Below are positions 27,326 to 39,715 of a stretch of 64,000 nt of DNA, piece after piece; position 1 is the stretch's first letter; each line of letters opens with the position of its first letter. The stretch is from Azolla caroliniana (Eukaryota > Plantae > Polypodiophyta): positions 1,550,001 to 1,614,000 of the forward strand of contig JBHGNT010000011.1 in NCBI GenBank assembly GCA_043228905.1. The letters run 5' to 3'. Below the pieces are notes generated by a model. That model searched no databases, was not told where the DNA came from, and saw only the letters and a list, made by a program, of their open reading frames with translations. The position numbers and the translations under genes are program-made.

Positions 27326-28679
27326 TAAGCTATTAACCCGTTAAGCCAAGACTTTGTGGTTTTGTTCAAGCTTAAATGGATTTATTGTTGATTGCGATGT
27401 ATAAGTTCCAATTCCATAATAGGTGGATGGAAACTCCTTCTAGAACATTCGTCTCTTGTTCAACAAGGCTAACACATTGGGGTATTTTAGGCATTCTCTT
27501 CACAATGTATCTTAGATTAAATGTTTGGCTTATCCATAAAGGAAATAGTATCTATAAACCTTTATACCCTCCCAAGTGCGATAAAACAATTATAATGTTA
27601 AATACGAAAGAGTTATAAAAGTGAAATTGTAGATCTTTTGTAAGAGTTCTTCCTCGTTTTGACTCCATATAGCTAAAGCCTAAGCCTCTCGCTTTTCTCC
27701 TTAATCACTTTCTTTAACATGAAGACTTAAGCTTCATTATTGTATTTAGTTTAAACTTGTAATGAAAGCTTGGTCGTGTTGGGGACTTCTTATCTCTCTA
27801 CTCTTTTAAGGAGCATGTGGAACCGTGAATAAGTCTCTTTGTGATTAAGTGATAATTACGTTTTGTGAATGTGGCTAGTCATAAAGTAATATTAGACCTT
27901 GTGTAGTAGTTAATACATTAGTATTTTGAAAATGGTTGATACCCATTTTTGTCTATTTCATCAAGAAAAGGGTGGTTGATGATACATTCGATCACATCAA
28001 CCTCAAGGTGGTTATTTATGAGAAGTAGAGGTTGGATGAGAAGGGACCCATTAGTATTGTTAAATTGTAGTGTCTCTACTAATGACGACATACATGTTAT
28101 GACCTTTGTATTTGTTATTTCTGTAAATAGCCAACAAGGTTAACTTAACCCTAAGTTGTATTTATGATATTTAAGCTTGTAAAGTTATATTGAGAAAATA
28201 TAGAGTGTAATTCTATGTGTGACTACACCATGTTTATCTCATTCTCACACTCAATTCATATTTTTTTCTCTGCAATAATTGAGCTCATATCGATCATTGG
28301 CAAAGTCATACTTGGTCAGCTCACACCAATAGTAGACTCCGCACATACTACATCCTCAATATGTGGTACTATAGTGGGTTTTTTTGTTCTTTGAAGAGTG
28401 CCACCTCCAACACGTTCTTTGACCTCTACTATAATTTTAGCATGCTGCCATTGACATGGTCTTTTGAAGCTATGCACGCTTTGAAGTTATTTCTACAACA
28501 TTCTCTATTCTCGGTCATTTTCTAAAATCCAATAACATTGGATTTGTCTCGAACATTGTTCTTGAGGATTAAACTTGAGTTTTGGTCTCAAGCATCGGAC
28601 TAAAACGTTGGTCTCATGGATTCAAGTTGTTCTATTTACACACAAACAAAATAAAGAAAGCGTTTGACACATACCTTGG

Positions 28680-29085
28680 ATGGCATTGAGGTGAGAATTT
28701 CTAACCATATGTTTAAGAAAAGTTGATGGGATCAAACTTCATCTTTTGGAAGTAGCAAATGCAAGACTATATTGTCGTGAAAGGATAGATAGATTCAATC
28801 AAGAATGAATCAACGCTTGTTGAGTATGAGGTTGTAGAATGGTCAAAACTTAATTTTCTAGCCAAAGTGACCATTTGAATATGTCTCTTTAAATTAGTCT
28901 ACTTCACAGTACACGAGTGTAAGACATCCTACAAACTATGGCAGATGCTATTGGACACCTATGAGAAGGAACTCGACTCTACAACCTTCGGATGAAAGAA
29001 TCTGACTCGGTTCCTACACACTTCAATGCATACAAGGGTATCATCTCCTCATTGTTGAATCAAGGCATGAAGATTGACAAATACT
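28680..29085 (+). pseudogene. Decayed Ty1/Copia gag fragment related to element F
   Basis: Translates with stops and frameshifts to GSNFIFWK*QMQDYIVVKG*ID...YFTVHEC...YNLRMKESDSV, matching the F gag ORF 54107-54886. Confidence 0.8.
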
Positions 29086-29322
29086 TACTTGTTCTACTTT
29101 TAATGAGCACTTTGCTGACATCCCGTTCTCCTTAGTGTGTGGATCTTCGTCAGCACAAACTCTTGATTTTCTACTCTCTCCCGGATCCAGTGGTACCTCC
29201 GTTGGATATGTTTCGTCCGAGAATGGTAGGCCGCGTTCTTTGCAAGGTGGATGACACTTTGATTGTCCGGAAGTGTCGATCCGACCGGTTTCGTCTCCGA
29301 CATGTTGAACCTTTGAAGCACT

Positions 29323-29929
29323 TGTTGAGAAATCGTTCGGTCAAATCATAATAAATGAATTGTGCTGAAAATAAGAATCATAGATATGCCAGAAAAGGAA
29401 AAGGACAAACAATAGTGCAGAGAGATTTACATGGAAACCCTAAAATGGGAGAAAACCATGGAGAACAGAACTTCACTATACAATGGATATACAACAGAGG
29501 ATCTATTACAACACTCTTTCGAGTGTATTAGCCACGCAGGGCTCTTGGCGTCTGTTGTTACGCACACAGCTATGGCGCCACACACACTCTCTCTGTCTCA
29601 CACGCTGTCGCGCTACTTCTGTTCTACAATCTCATCTTCACGTTTTTGCCCTAAGTGTATTTATACTTATACATTGTATGGGCTATTTACAAATGTAGCC
29701 TTTGCTACGTATCATTATTATTAGTGCTATAATAATAATAGTTGAACTATCAAACAATCGACTCACTTTTTTCGACTCTTCGACTGTCGGTTTTCCGAAC
29801 AGTCAGATCTTCCTTGTCTTCGACTGTCGGCACTCCTTGGTCTGATCAGTCGGCTCCTCGTAGTCATCGATTGTCAGCAACTTTTGGACAGTCGGTTCCT
29901 CCTCCCATTGGAGGGACATATTCCCAACA
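29323..29929 (-). repeat. Copia A 3' LTR (607 bp)
   Basis: Matches 46936-47542; adjacent PPT. Confidence 0.95.
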
Positions 29930-30361
29930 AACTCCCCCTTCATCTTGTGGGAGGAAGTCAGTCAGTCTTGTCTTCTGTCGATAGACTCTGAGTCTGTCCA
30001 TAGGTAGGTTCTTCGTTAGCATGTTGGATCCATTGTCATCACTATGGATCTTCACCAAGGAAAACTCTCCTTCTTCGACTCTCTCCCGCAACAAGCGATA
30101 CCTTCTCTGTATATGCTTGGTCTGGGAGTTGTATGCAGCATTCTTGGCAAGATGTATGGCACTCTGGCTATCACAATGAAACAAGAGATCCTTTTGCTTC
30201 ATCCCTAATTCGGTGAGAAAACTTCTCATCCAGATCATCACTTTGCCGGCCTCTATTGCTGCCATATACTCTACCTTTGTAGTCGACAAAGCTACAGACT
30301 TCTGTAGTCGTGACTGCCACGACACTGCTCCCCCTGCATAGGTCATCACGTACCCTGACGT

Positions 30362-30992
30362 TGTTGAGGTATTCCTTGCGGATGCGTGGAATGAGGCGGA
30401 ACCTCGGGGGTCCTGTACCAAAGAGCAAGAGAGGAAGGAGAAGAGACCCTCTACGTGCGAGCGTAGACCCACAGGGACACGGCCCTTTGACGCAGAGACG
30501 CAAGTGGGACAACGACACAGAAAGACACGAATGTATGTATGTATTAACAAAGACAAACAACAAGAACACGAAGACAACAAACCCACGAAGTCGGTTACAA
30601 CCGAACAGGCCGGCGAACAGATGCCGATGCCTGTTCGTAAACGCACAAAAAGACAGGAGCAGGTTGGAGGTGCTGCCGGAAGCACTCGGGCATTCCTCAG
30701 AGCAGCGCGAGCCTCCCGAAACCTGCACAGAAGGAAGCTATGGAGTTTGCGAACCAGAGAGAGAGAGGGAAGCCTTCGCACGCAAACCGACAACACTTCG
30801 TCCTCGACTCTCCGCGATCCCTCGCCCCTCCTCGTCTCCCTCCTTTTATAGCCAAGGAAGGAGCTGTTTCCCTACCTACCGAATCTACCGGCCTAGGAGA
30901 TTCTATGTACAACATAAGGCGCATGTGCACGAAGAGCCGGTTCCTACGTTCCGGTGCACCGATTCCGCTTGTGGACGGTTTTCTTCACAACA
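30362..30992 (-). repeat. Gypsy D 3' LTR
   Basis: Nearly identical to 35861-36491. Confidence 0.96.
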
Positions 30993-31065
30993 TCCGCCCC
31001 CACCTAACCGCGCATCCACCGGCATGCGCCAAATTGTGTTGGGACGGAGAAAACCGGTCCAACCT

Positions 31066-34000
31066 TCATTCTTTGCCCGTCGGTTCTTCTTCGGTTTCGG
31101 ATCGTTCGTCGTCGCGGTCCAGGTTAACCGGATCCGGCTCGTCGTCGTGACGCTTCTTGAACACTTTGATCCGCTTCCCAGCTACCGGTATCGCCATTCT
31201 TGTGCCGTCGAGTTCCGCCAGATGGTACGTCCCGTTGTCGTTGGCGCTTTGTACCACGTAAGGCCCGAACCACCTTCTTGCGAACTTCCGTGTCGCTCGG
31301 TGCTGGTTGTCAAGGCTGCTGTCGTAGACAAGCACCCGGTCGCCTTCCTCGATCTTCTTTGGTCTGAGCCGGTGCGTTCGGTCGAACCGGGCTTTGTTCC
31401 TCATCCTTGCTTCCCGAAGCTTTTCCGAAGCCTGCTCCACGTCCTCCGGTCTTCGCTCGAGCTGTCGTATACGCGCCGTCAACAGTTCCTCCCGGCTCAT
31501 CTCGTCTCTCCAGTCCACGGTTGCCCATGAGGAGATCGTACGTTCCATCGGCATGATCGGCTTCTGCCTAAACATGAGCTCTGCCGGCATGAATCCGGTT
31601 ACCGAACTGTGCGTAGTTCGGTCAGCCCACAACGCGTAAGGCAGCAGCCGCGGCCAGTTCCCGACTTGACCTCTGCATGCCCGAACTAACGCCTTGACGA
31701 TCGGTCCGTGTCCGCGCTCCACCTTTCCATTCGCCTCTGGATTGTACGCAGTGGTAAGCGAGAGCTTGACTCCTAGCCGGTCGAACAGCTCCTCGGCCTC
31801 TTCGGCGTCCAGCTCCCCGCGATCAGCCACGATCTTCCCGACGCACCCGTGCCGGCATATCACGTCCTCAATTAGGAACCGACATACGGCCGCGGTCGTT
31901 TTGTTCTGAAGGGCTCGGCCTTCTACCTGGTTGGTCAGATCTTCCCGAGCCAGGACCAGATACCGCATCTGTCCTACTCCCATCGGCATCGTCACCAGAT
32001 CTACCATCCATTTGAAGTGGATGGTCGGAGGGTACGTAGGGTGAAGCTCGTCCCGATGCCGGACTATGGAGTGCATCTAACAGCTCTCGCAAGTTGTCAC
32101 GAACCGATGCACGTCCCGGTACAGTCCCGACCACCAGTACTTCCCCTTTATCTTCTCGAACGTGGCCCACGTTCCACGGTGTCCGGCCCAAGGGCTGTCG
32201 TGGTAGGCCGTCAGCAGCTCCTCCTGTTCTTCCTTCATCGCCACCACCCGGAGTGGGACGCCGTTCCTCTTCTTCGGGTGCTTCCATAAGTATCCGTCCC
32301 GGAGAAAGAATCGGTATGCTTTCTTCCGGATCCGGTTGGCCTCGTCCTTCGTCCACGACGCATCCGGCGTCATCGTCCTCAAAAATCCACCGATCTGGAG
32401 CCACTCGCCGTCGTACTTGCTCTCGTCGAAGTCGTTAAGTGCCGGAGTGCTCGTCCCATCGGTCGTCACGTACGCTGCCTCGAAGAAGTCCACGCCGACT
32501 TCTTCGTCCTCCGAAACCATGCCGCCCTCGTCATCAAACCTCGCCCTCGAAAGCATGTCGGCCATGGCGTTGTCCTTTCCGGAAATGTGCCGTATTTCCG
32601 GGTCCAGGGACGATGTACGCTATCCACCGGAGCATCGCCAGGTCCGGTGTCGCGCATTCGGAAACCATGCCGAGAATCGGCAGGCAATCCGTCTCGATAA
32701 TCACTTCTGCCCCGATCAGGTAGTCTTTGTCGGCCTTTACTGCCGAAACGATACCCCAGAGTTCGCGTTTAACCTGGGCGTACCCTCGCTGTCGCTCACT
32801 GAGGACCTTCGCGCCGAATCGGATCGGGAACCGAATGCCGTCCTCGTCCTCTTGGTTGACGACCCATCTGATCCCGGTCGGACTCGTATCCACCGTTATG
32901 TACACCGGGGTACCCTTCCCGTAGACAGCCTTCCGGAGCGCCGGTGCTGCCGCAAGAGCTTCCTTCAGCTTCCGGACCGACTCCGTGTGCTCGTCTCGCC
33001 ATTCGAATTTTCGCCCTTTCTTCAGCAACCCGTATAGCGGCTCCGCAACGTGGGCGTAATGCGGGATCCATATGTGGTAGAATGCGCATGCCCCCAGGAA
33101 CCTCTGAACTTCCGTAACCGAGCTACAATCGGTCTTCATCGCGCAGATGGCTTCTACCTTTGCCGGAGACGGCTTCCGGCCATATGGCCCACATAGGTGT
33201 CCGACTACCAGGATTTCCGTTTGCCCGAAGGCCGATTTCTCCCCGGAGAAGGTGAGCCTCGCATCCTCTAGCCTTTGTAGCACCTTCTCGCAGTCGTCGA
33301 TGTGTTTCGCCACGAATCGCCGGCATCCGTCCAGCCCGACCGTCTCGTCCTTCTCTTCCACCGGGCACCCTTTGATAGGGATGTCGTCTAGAAACGGCAT
33401 GGTGATGTCCGGGATGCAATCCCTCAGTACCTTGTTCATTGCATTCACCATGTGGGCCACCGAGTTGGTCCCTCCTTGTGGCAGGGTACACATTCGCACT
33501 AGGCCGAGGGGAGTTCGCATCGTCGTAATGTCTCTGCTCTCCACGGCTAGCTGGAATTGGTCGTACCCCGAGTACAGATCACCGACCGAGTAAATCGACC
33601 TTCCGGCGAAGGCCTCCGCGAACTCGTCTATGGTCGGTCCGATTCCTGCGTTCCGAATGGTCACTCTGTTGACGGACTGCAGGTCTTGAATGAAGCGCAT
33701 CGTTCCGTTTTTCTTTGGTACGGTAAACCATCGGTTCGAGTATGGGGCACTCGACGGTTCGAGAATGCCCATATCTACTATCTGCCTCAATAGCTCCATC
33801 AACTTCGGGATGTGAGCTCTCGGTACTGGAATCGGCTTGAGATTCCACGGCACATGCGGTACCGTGAATATCACCATCGGCTCCACGATCGTCGGGTCTG
33901 CGCACCCGATCTCGTCCGGTGAGAATGCGAAGGCTTTCCCGTGCCTTCCGAGCATCCTTCGAAACCGGTCTTCCTCTGCCGGCAGTAGGAACCCGCCCCC

Positions 34001-34560
34001 ACCGATTTTGAGCTCCCGGAGCGTCCCGTCGGTGAAGGTGTGTCCTATGCAGGCCGGATCTCGTAAACTGGGGTCCGACGCAACCCCTCTGATCCTGGAC
34101 TCGCTGCCCTCCGGTAAGGGTGCCGCGACTGGCCTTACCTTCCGGTCCACAGCCTTGTACTTTGTGCTAACTCGGGCCGTCCGATCCGACCCGAGCCCCC
34201 GACTGAAGTTCGTGATGACTTCATACATCTCTTCGGAACATACCGGTATCGTCCGGTCTTCGTTAAGGTCTTCTCCGGCAACCTTCCTCAGCATCCCCAA
34301 GGTGTCGTCGAAGGAGACCGCCTCCACGGCTCCGCTGATTTCCTCGTCCGGGCCGAGAACTCCGCATGCTCGAAGTCGCACTTCCGCCCTTGTCTTTTCT
34401 CACCCAACGATGCCGACTATCATACACCCTCCGTTGCCGGAGAAGCAGAATTTTCTACCTATCGTACAAGGTTTCTTCGGTTTCGGTTCTATCGTACAAC
34501 TGTGGGGTCTTTCCCGAGTGTCCGAACTGTCTCGGCCCCACGCCTTGGCAACCCTCTCTA
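31066..34560 (-). pseudogene. Gypsy D pol (RT-RNase H-integrase), disrupted
   Basis: ORFs 32534-34381 (RT LPQG, PFLDDIPIKG; RH VDTSPTG, KRELWG, ETDC), 32077-32565 (HHCC zinc finger) and 31066-32076 (DDE core, WFGPY). 2-bp deletion near 32610 relative to E; stop at 32077-32079. Confidence 0.93.
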
Positions 34561-35820
34561 AAAATCCTCCCGGTTCTCGCCACCAAGGGATTCGCGGTTC
34601 CGCTCGTGGTTCGGTCTCACGGTCAGAAATTGGACCGAATGGTGCCCGTCCTGGCTTTTGACCCTTGCGTAGGCCGAACCGTTGTCTAGCACCTTGGTCT
34701 CCATTCGCGCCGCCGTGATGTATGGTTCACCTAATATGACCGGGTGCGAAGACGTCTCCTGTACGAAGAAGTGCTGGTCAATCTCGACGTCGCCGATCTT
34801 GACTCGCACGTTCGGGCAGGCCCCATGCAGTTCCTCGGTGGCGCGCGTCGCCGCCCGTATCTTCCACCCGTGCTTGGTGTTGATCGGCCACTTCCCCTTC
34901 TTATAGAAGTCCATGGACATCAAGTTTATTTCCGAACCGTGGTCCACCAGTGCCACCACCGGTTCCCGAACCTCTCCGATCTTTACCGGGGTCTCCGTGA
35001 TCGCTTGGGCCCAGTGCGGCCTCGAATAGTGGCTCTCCGCCCGCTCGTCTTCCATCGCCATGTCGTCGATGTGCGTCGTCCGCACCTCCACCGGTCTTTC
35101 CGGTTCCGTCTCCGTCGACAGCCTCTTCCGTTTCACCAGGTCCACAATGGAGTCGTGGAATTCCTTCTTGGCGATCCCTAGCACCTCTCGCAATGACAGC
35201 TCCACTTTGCTGTCGAGGATCCGTTCCTCTAGGACCTTCCGTAGGTCCGTAGTCCTTTCTATTTCCGTCCCCAGTCGGTATCCGCCCTTCCTGGGGTTAT
35301 CTTGCGAGCTGGACCCGCCGGCATCGTTCCATCGTTGCCCGAATCGGGTCTCGTATCGTTGCGAAGGCCCGGCCGCTCCGGCTTTCCCCACTTGTTTGTC
35401 TTCTACCAGAGCCTCGTAGTTCTAGCAGGCGGCTTCTACGAAGCCCGTCTTCTCCTCGACCGGATCGCTCCACCCGGTTATTTCCCGAACCCGTCTCTCA
35501 ACGTGGTCCGTTTCATCCTTCTTCAACCGTGCGCCGGCAAGACCTTCCAGCATTGCCGACCAGTATCCGTCTTTGCCCTCCTTTCGGGCCTCGCTGCCCC
35601 CGACCCGAATTCCGGCCGACGCCGAGTAGTGGATGGCCTCTACGTGTCGGGCCGCTGGCTCTTCCATCAGTCTCTTCATACCTCCTCATCCGTCGTTTCG
35701 GTTCAGGGCCCTCCTGGTGTCGCCGGCGTGCACCCGGCCTTCCCACAGGTACACCACCCGGTTCCTCAACGCTTCTGCGAAATTGCCGCAGTCCTTCCGA
35801 AGATCCGACCCTTTCATCTT
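34558..35820 (-). pseudogene. Gypsy D gag C-terminus plus aspartic protease
   Basis: ORFs 35422-35679 and 34558-35391 share a frame and are split by a CAG>TAG change; LVDHGSEIN...VILGEPY protease. Confidence 0.88.
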
Positions 35821-35860
35821 CTGCTCCTCTGCCGCCTCCTTCACGTCGGGTTCACCAAGA

Positions 35861-36491
35861 TGTCGAGGTATTCCTCGCGGATGCGTGGAATGAGGCGGAA
35901 CCTCGGGGGTCCTGTACCAAAGAGCAAGAGAGGAAGGAGAAGAGACCCTCTACGTGCGAGCGTAGACCCACAGGGACACGGCCCTTTGACGCAGAGACGC
36001 AAGTGGGACAACGACACAGAAAGACACGAATGTATGTATGTATTAACAAAGACAAACAACAAGAACACGAAGACAACAAACCCACGAAGTCGGTTACAAC
36101 CGAACAGGCCGGCGAACAGATGCCGATGCCTGTTCGTAAACGCACAGAAAGACAGGAGCAGGTTGGAGGTGCTGCCGGAAGCACTCGGGCATTCCTCAGA
36201 GCAGCGCGAGCCTCCCGAAACCTGCACAGAAGGAAGCTATGGAGTTTGCGAACCAGAGAGAGAGAGGGAAGCCTTCGCACGCAAACCGACAGCACTTCGT
36301 CCTCGACTCTCCGCGATCCCTCGCCCCTCCTCGTCTCCCTCCTTTTATAGCCAAGGAAGGAGCCGTTTCCCTACCTACCGAATCTACCGGCCTAGGAGAT
36401 TCTATGTACAACATAAGGCGCATGTGCACGAAGAGCCGGTTCCTACGTTCCGGTGCACCGATTCCGCTTGTGGATGGTTTTCTTCACGACA
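35861..36491 (-). repeat. Gypsy D 5' LTR
   Basis: Adjacent to the Trp PBS. Confidence 0.96.
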
Positions 36492-36954
36492 ACGTGGATC
36501 GGTTCGAGTTGACATCTCCCGACATGTCCGAGTCGGTAAAACCTTCCAGCACAAGTTTTCCGACACCATACCTTAGGTATACCTCTGAGGTGCCTTTTAA
36601 GTACATGAGTATCCACTTCACCATTGTCTAGTGTTCTCTTCCTGGATTACTCATATATCGGCTTATTGCTCCTACAACAAATGCTATGTTAGGTCTTGTA
36701 CAAACCATAGCATACATTAGACTTCCGACGACCGAGGCATACGGTACCTTCCTCATCTTGACCTTCTCCTTCTCCCCTCCCGGACACTACTTCGCATTTA
36801 ACCTGCAATTTGTTGGCAACACTGAGCCGACCGGCTTTGCGTCTGACATGTTAAATCTCTCTAGGATCTTTGTCACATACTTCTATTGTGACAACCATAG
36901 CACCCTTTGAGTTCCGTCTCGAACTATGTGCATTCCCAAGATTTGTTTAGCCGG

Positions 36955-37569
36955 TGTCGTGAAGAAAACCGTCCCTAGGCGGAAACCGAGTTTAGCGTGT
37001 GTAAACCGGCCCTTACACGCGAGCACGCTTTTCGTTGTATGGTAAGTAGGTAGGTACAAGTCAACTGAGGTGAAATCCTAGGTAGCACTCATTGAATAGG
37101 GAGAGAATCGAGGTGTATCTTTGTCCGAAAGGACAGAGAATTAATGTGATGTAACGGATGATAACAACCTCCCTCCTTGGGCTATAAAAGAGAGGGAGCA
37201 CTCTCCATAGCCATTTTGCGCAGGTTTTCGGGAGGCTGACTCTGCACCGTGGAACGCCCGTGTACTTCTGGCAGAGTCTCCATCTCGCTCTTCTGTGTGT
37301 GAGTGAACATGCGTCGGTGTTTGCCTTGCCGGCCTGTTAGTTGTAACCGTCTTGATATATATATATATTTATATACATATGTGTTCATATACTCGGACTT
37401 CTAGTCGTCTCGTTTTGTTGTGTTGTTGGACTGTGATTCCTGTGTGCTCCCGTGTTTGCGTGTGTGCAAGTGCGTCCGTTGCCTTTCCGTTGTCCTCCTC
37501 AGCTATTTCTCGGTCCAAGACCCCGGTGGTCCTGCCTCGTTCTCCACGCACGCACATAACAACGCGACA
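36955..37569 (+). repeat. Gypsy E 5' LTR (615 bp)
   Basis: Matches the 3' LTR except for a missing block of about 73 bp. Confidence 0.95.
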
Positions 37570-37614
37570 TATTTGGTGAACCCGACGTGAAACAGGCGGT
37601 AGAGGAATAGAAAG

Positions 37615-39715
37615 ATGATGGGGTCGGATCTCGCGGAAACCATGGCTTCGGTTGTGGATCAGATAGTGAGTGCGTGCGAAGGCGTAGGCGCCCTCGATAG
37701 GGCTATTGAAGCAGTCGTCGGCACGATAGGCCGATTCGGTGGAGGCCTACCGGGCCGAGATGGTAATGAGAGACATTCCAAAAGAAAGGCGACTGACCGG
37801 ATTCCCTCGGGTGGCGATGCCGGGCATCCATGGGGAGGTGCTCGAGGTACGGACTGAGAGCCGGACCTGGGAAGAGTTTGAAGGTTGGGTCCTCGAAAAA
37901 TATGGGCTTGATGACACGCTTCGGCTCTTGAAATGGGACTTCATGGAATGGGTAGAGACCCCCGAAAAGGGGAGAAACGTGTCGGTGCTCCTCCGGGAGT
38001 TTGAAGAATGCTTCGCGCGTCTTTCGGCGCTCAACCGAACCGTAATAGAAACAAGTCGCGTCCTGCTGTTCGTTAAGTCGGTGGATGCGAGGGATCGAGA
38101 GCAAGTGGGTCTCCTGCTGGAGACTGATGATGGGCTGACGGCCAATTGGACCGTGGTGAAGAGAATTTGTGGCTGTTTTGACAAATGGCGAGAGTGGGTC
38201 GATAAAGGATCAACAGGGACGGGCTCTGTAGTAGCAAGGAAACTCGACCCAACCCCGCCAGCGCGAAGGGAAGAGACCCAAGACTGGCTCGAGACCGGAT
38301 CGACTTCGACCGGCATGGTCAAAGGCTCATCCGGAGGAGCAACTCTAGAGGAGCTGACTAGGATGGTAAAGGACCTCCAGATTGCACAGGAACGGAGGGA
38401 CGATGGCGAACAGGCCCATGACCGAAGGCCTTTGGCTGGAAACCGGTGTTTGTGGTGTGACGCGGTCGGCCACATCCGGAAGGATTGCGGGGACCTCGCC
38501 GAGGCAATGAGAGCCAACGTGGTGTACCTATGGAACGGTCGGGTGCACGCTAGCGAGACTCGAAGGGCTTTGGACCTGAATGTTGGACGAGGGGGTATGA
38601 AACGACTGATGGAAGAAGCGGCGGCTCGCCACGCGGAGACCGTCCACTACTCGGCGTCGGTTGGGATCCGGGTCGGAGGTGGTGAGGCCCGAAATACGAA
38701 CGAAGTCGGATTTTGGCCACTGATGCTTGAAGGCCTCGCCGGCGCACGGCTAAGGAAAGAAGAAGCGGATCGCACGGAAAAACGGGACTGGGAGGTAACC
38801 GGGTGGAGTGACTTGGTCGAATAGAAGACGGGCTTCGTTGAAGCCGCATGCCAGAACTACGAGGATCTGGTGGAAGACAAGCGAGTAGGTAAAACCGGAG
38901 GGGTCGGGCCCTCGCAACTGTACGAGACCCGATTCGGTCAAAGGTAGAATGAGGCCGGTGCGATCGACGCACAGGATAAAGCCAAAAAGGCCGGGTACCG
39001 GTTGAGCATGGAAATCGAAAGGACCACGGACCTGCGAAAGGTCCTGGAGGAACGTATCCTTGACAACAAAGTGGAGCTGTCGCTGAGGGAAGTGCTCGGG
39101 ATCGCCAAGGAGTTCCACGACTCCATCGTAGACTTGGTGAAGAGGAAGAGGCTGTCGATAGAGCTAGAGCCGGAGAAGCCGGTGGAAGTGCGAACGACGC
39201 ACATAGAGGACATGGCGCTAGAAGACGAGTTGGCGGAGAGCCACTATTCGAGGCCGCACTGGGCCAGAGCGACCACAGAGACCCCTGTTAAGGTCGGGGA
39301 TGTCCAGGAGCCGATGGTGGCGTTGGTGGACCACGGTTCAGAAATAAACTTGATGTCCATGGACTTCTACAAAAAGGGGAAATGGCCGATCAACACCAAA
39401 CACGGCTGGAAAATACGGGCAGCGACGCGCGCCACGGAAGAACTACATGGAGCCTGCCCGAACATACGGGTGAAAATCGGCGATGTCGAGATCGACGAGC
39501 ACTTCTTCGTGCAGGAGACGTCCTCACATCCGGTTATACTAGGAGAACCATACATCACGGCGACACGGATGGAGACCAAGGTGCTGGACAACAGTTCGGC
39601 CTATGCAAGAGTCAAGAGCCAGGACGAGCGTCACTCGGTCCAATTCTTGACGGTGCGACCAAACCATGAGCGTAACCGCGAGACCCTCGGTGGCAAAACC
39701 CGAGGGGATTTTTAG
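37615..39715 (+). pseudogene. Gypsy E gag-protease ORF, disrupted
   Basis: ORFs 37739-38824 (zinc knuckle CLWCDAVGHIRKDC) and 39002-39715 (LVDHGSEIN); internal TAG stops and a frameshift near 37735. Confidence 0.9.

Larger units (their letters stand above)
30362..36491 (-). mobile_element. Gypsy D: non-chromovirus Ty3/Gypsy, tRNA-Trp PBS, 4-bp TSD ACGT, gag internally deleted
   Basis: 631-bp LTRs at 30362-30992 and 35861-36491; PBS TGGTGAACCCGACGTGA (35857-35841); PPT GGTTAGGTGGGGGCGGA; ACGT flanks both ends; order PR-RT-RH-INT. Confidence 0.95.

Noticed and set aside
30310-31530. 406-aa plus-strand ORF and its 424-aa twin at 35302-36576 as an extra or antisense gene
   Set aside because: They cross host/LTR/pol junctions, the shared part is just the duplicated LTR, GC-rich DNA has few stops, and E has no equivalent long ORF.
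35841-35857. tRNA-Trp-like sequence ending in CCA (also at 37574-37590)
   Set aside because: Only 17 nt, adjacent to an LTR: a primer-binding site, not a tRNA gene.
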